Shown piece by piece: positions 60,694-64,000 of a DNA stretch of 64,000 nt. The stretch lies in NCBI RefSeq assembly GCF_964194025.1, contig NC_134469.1, positions 77,438,001 to 77,502,000 of the forward strand, read 5' to 3'. Each line of letters starts with the position of its first letter. Positions within the stretch are counted from its first letter, which is position 1. Source of the stretch: Convolutriloba macropyga. Taxonomy: Eukaryota. Under the pieces are notes generated by a model. The model was not told the origin of the DNA and made no database searches. It saw nothing but the letters and a program-made list of their open reading frames with translations. The translations under genes were made by a program, and so were the position numbers.

Positions 60694-61313
60694 TGTTGGA
60701 TTATGGGTTTTCGCATGCGAAATAAAAGCGTTTTTAACTAAGAAGAAAAATTAACTTCTCAAAATGAGAAAATAACAAGAATGATATTTTACAGTAGACT
60801 TTAGAGATCTACAGGAGATATCTGATTATTAGATCAAGATGGTTATTTGATTTTGGGGATGAAAAAAAGCTCAAAAATCAGCTGTATATATACCCATTAT
60901 CAGTGCGAGAAAGTCAAGATACAAATCTAATCTTAGCACCATGATTTATAGTGGGGTTCGCAAGGGTTACCCAATATGGTTTGCGTCTGCAAATTTCCCA
61001 GAAATCAGTCGCAGAGGGTACCATAGATGGTATGCATTTACACTTTTCTAAGAATTCGTTCACAATTCCGGTGTTATCATAATCATTCAATACATGCTGG
61101 GAAGATTTTACATCAAATAATTTCACTCTAATAATAGTTATCTAGATTCACCAATTTGAACCGAATATTGATTCTAAGCACCATTTCTTGAAGATTCTTT
61201 TATATAAATTCTCTGATTAAAATCAATTGCTTTTGTCTTTCTAATCTGGTAAGTTAGACTTTCTTTCTAATTCTCACTAAGTTTAAGACTATAGTTTGAT
61301 CGATATTCTAACA
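60694..61313 (-). repeat. 5' LTR of the copia element (620 bp)
   Basis: Homologous to 56370-56990, with scattered substitutions. Confidence 0.95.
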
Positions 61314-64000
61314 CCACACTAGTCCAACTCCGCAGGTTATTTTACGTTTTGCAACATTTTGTTAGATTCTTGCCTATGACAGTGATCTTGTAAGACCTTG
61401 CAAGAAGACTGTTATCATGCAAGATCTTGCTTAAGACCGTGATTTTGCAAGACCTTGCAAGAAGACGATTTTCTTATAAGACTCTTGCAAGATTCTTACG
61501 AGGTAACCCTCTGGAACCGTTCCATCCCAGTAGCTTTGGATCAACAGTAGCAAAAAATTTGAACAAGAGATTCTTTTTAGTCTCAAATCGGTCTAGTCTG
61601 AACTTAGACCCAATAACATTAGTTAAAAGGCCATGAAATTTTATTTGTGGTAGTGTTGGCAAACGTGTAAATTAAATTATTCTGAGAAATTCAAGTACAC
61701 AAAGTGATCGTAGATCGACACGTGAGCCAACATGACCAGTTTTAGATATTTTACGATAAGATATTTACTTTTAGTCTGCAAGGGCCCTACAACCCTATGA
61801 TAAGACCCCTTATTAGAAAAATAGGTTTTTTTTAATAATCCCTCATATATGACTGGACTGAAATTAGGTTGTATGTTTAGCTTGGATTGTTTCGTTTTGA
61901 AAGTAAAAGTTGTTTGTCCTTCTTGTAGACTTAGAACGGCCTTCCAATTTAACAGTTCGTATTATTGTTAACATACCAGTGGCCAGATTTGTCAACTGTT
62001 TTTTCGATTGAAAAAGGTAATGCAAAAGACGCGTCGTATCAATTTTACACCACACAAGTTTCTTTAGTGCCACACACACACATCTAAAATTTTCAATTGT
62101 TTGTTTTTAGGTGTTAATATTTTAGCTAGTTGTTCATTTGGATGCGAAATGGATGAAAAGTGTTTTGTGTTAAACCAATTTGGTTTGAGTTGAATGAATC
62201 GCGGTGTTAGTTGCCTGAGGGGTTCATCCATTTGTTGATAATGTATAGGGGGTTATATAAATCGGAGTGGAAAGTAGTTAAACCGCCTCAGTAAATTGCT
62301 AAAATCGGTTAATGGCTAATATCGGCTACTTTATTTACTAGGACATAATTAACTACTCATTAGAAATTAAAATTGTTAAATGAGTTTGACAAGACTCAAA
62401 GGTGCCACACAAAAAGATTTCAATGGCATCTTTCTTCGTAATAATTTGACAAAATTTAAAAGTGCAAGGTTCCTAAGTCGACAACAATTTGTAACCTTGG
62501 ATATTTTATTTTAGGGAGTATTGACTCCATAACTCAAAAAAATTATTAAATTTTAAAATTGATCTCCAATCGCTTTGGATAGGAGTTTTGAAAATTTTAA
62601 ACTGAACTAATTTGGAAAAGAAATGCGTTTAATTATGAAAGTGCCCTTTTGTTATGAATCATGAAAGCGTCCTTTCGTCACATTTGAGGCAAAATTGTAT
62701 TTGGGTAAGCAAGTTGAAGCCTATGCTGAATTGATAAATTACCGGCAATTGGCGGGAATTCTTCGAAGCTAAAAACTTTGCTACACTGGTCCAACTCCGA
62801 AATCTATTTTGCGTTTTGCAAAAACTTGTTAGATTCTTGTCTATGAGGGTGATCTTTTAAGACCTTGCGAGTAGACGGTTATGTTGTAGGACTCTTGCAA
62901 CATTCTTACGAGATAACCCTATGGAATCACTCTAGCGTACTAGCATTGGATCCACAGTACCATAAAATTTGATCACGAGATTCTTTCAGTCTAAAATCAG
63001 TCTGAAATTAGATCCAATATCGAAAAGCCACGAAATTTTATTTGTCGTAGTGTTGGCAAACGTGCAAATTAATTTATTCAGAGAAACTCAGCTACACAAA
63101 GTGATCGTAGATTGACACTTGAGCCAACATGACCAGTTTTAGATATTTTAGGATAAGATATTTACTTTTAGTCTGGAAGGGCCCTACAACCCCTATGATG
63201 ATACCCCTCATTAGAAAAATAGGTTATTTTTTTAAATTCCCTCATATATGATTGAACTGAAATTAGGTTGTATATTTTGCTTGGATTATTTCGTTCTGAA
63301 ATTACAAGTTGTTTGTCCTTCTTGTAGACTAAGAAAAGCCTTCCATTTTTACAGTTCTTATCATCGTTAACATACAAAAAGCCATATTTGTCAAATGTTT
63401 TTTTTTCGATTAAAACGGGTAAGGCAAAAGACGCGTTGCATCAATCTTACGCCACACAAGTTTTTTTTAGTGCCGCACACACACACCTGAATTTTTCAAT
63501 TGTTTGTTTTGAGGTCTTTACATTTTAGCTAGTTGTCAATTTGGAGGCCAAAAAAAATAGATGAAAAGTGTTTTGTGTTAAACCGATTTGGTTTGGGTTG
63601 AATGAATCGCGGTGTTAGTTGACTGAGGGGTTCATCCATTTGTTGATAATGTATAGGGGTTATATAAATCGGAGTGGAAAGTAGTTAAACCGCCTCAGTA
63701 AATTGCTAAAATCGGTTAATGGCTAATATCGGCTACTTTATTTACTAGGACATAATTAACTACTCATTAGAAATTAAAATTGTTAAATGAGTTTGACAAG
63801 ACTCAAAGGTGCCACACAAAATGATTTCAATGGCATCTTTCTTCGTAATAATTTGACAAAATTTAAAAGTGCAAGGTTCCTAAGTCGACAACAATTTGTA
63901 AACTTGGATATTTTATTTTAGGGAGTATTGACTCCATAACTCAAAAAAATTATTAAATTTTAAAATTGATCTCCAATCGCTTTGGATAGGAGTTTTGAAA
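61314..64000. repeat. ~1.4-kb tandem duplication in the LRR gene intron (copy A = ~56255-56369 plus 61314-~62660; copy B = ~62665 to the window end)
   Basis: Shared anchors: GTCCAACTCCG (61322 / ~62789), GTAGTGTTGGCAAACGTG, GGGCCCTACAACCCTATGAT and GATGAAAAGTGTTTTGTGTTAAACC (62152 / 63560). Confidence 0.93.

Larger units (their letters stand above)
56370..61313 (-). mobile_element. Ty1/copia LTR retrotransposon, decayed and internally deleted (4944 bp)
   Basis: Two TG...CA LTRs; 5-bp TSD CCACA (56365-56369 and 61314-61318). Order gag (two CCHC knuckles), protease (DSACTDH), GAG-pre-integrase (WHRQLGH), integrase (QDNAKEF...NGLAER), RT (WVDD, YRSLVGSL, TRPDI), RNase H (SDADW, EDNQ, KHI, ADIFTK) is the copia order. 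Confidence 0.97.

Overview
Eukaryotic, AT-rich, intron-containing, repeat-dense DNA from an invertebrate-like animal genome, with one N-gap at 14556-14697; nothing prokaryotic is evident. (1) 1-12909 is a tandem array of about 19 units of 630-760 bp, each a conserved core plus a variable (GCGT/GCAT)n tract. (2) About 15300-19250 (-) is a decayed near-full-length CR1/L2/Jockey-group LINE (ORF1, APE endonuclease, RT) ending in a (TC)n tail. (3) 19543-27126 (+) is a two-exon PHF7/G2E3-like triple zinc-finger gene (~2161 aa) with no HECT domain and a 6.2-kb coding exon. (4) Three diverged copies of a non-autonomous Helitron-like element end at 30493, 36727 and 43013, and a small Crypton-like remnant lies at about 30625-31067. 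(5) 31476-33236 (+) is an intronless BLES03/C11orf68 (DUF1917)-like gene with an SQ cluster, coiled coils and a terminal LIR-like motif. (6) 46853-47467 (+) is a secreted C-type-lectin-domain gene. (7) From 54205 are three exons of an LRR gene. Its third intron holds a decayed copia element (56370-61313, -) with a CCACA target-site duplication and a half-tRNAiMet primer site, inserted into one copy of a ~1.4-kb tandem duplication. All family calls come from motif recognition by eye; no searches were run.
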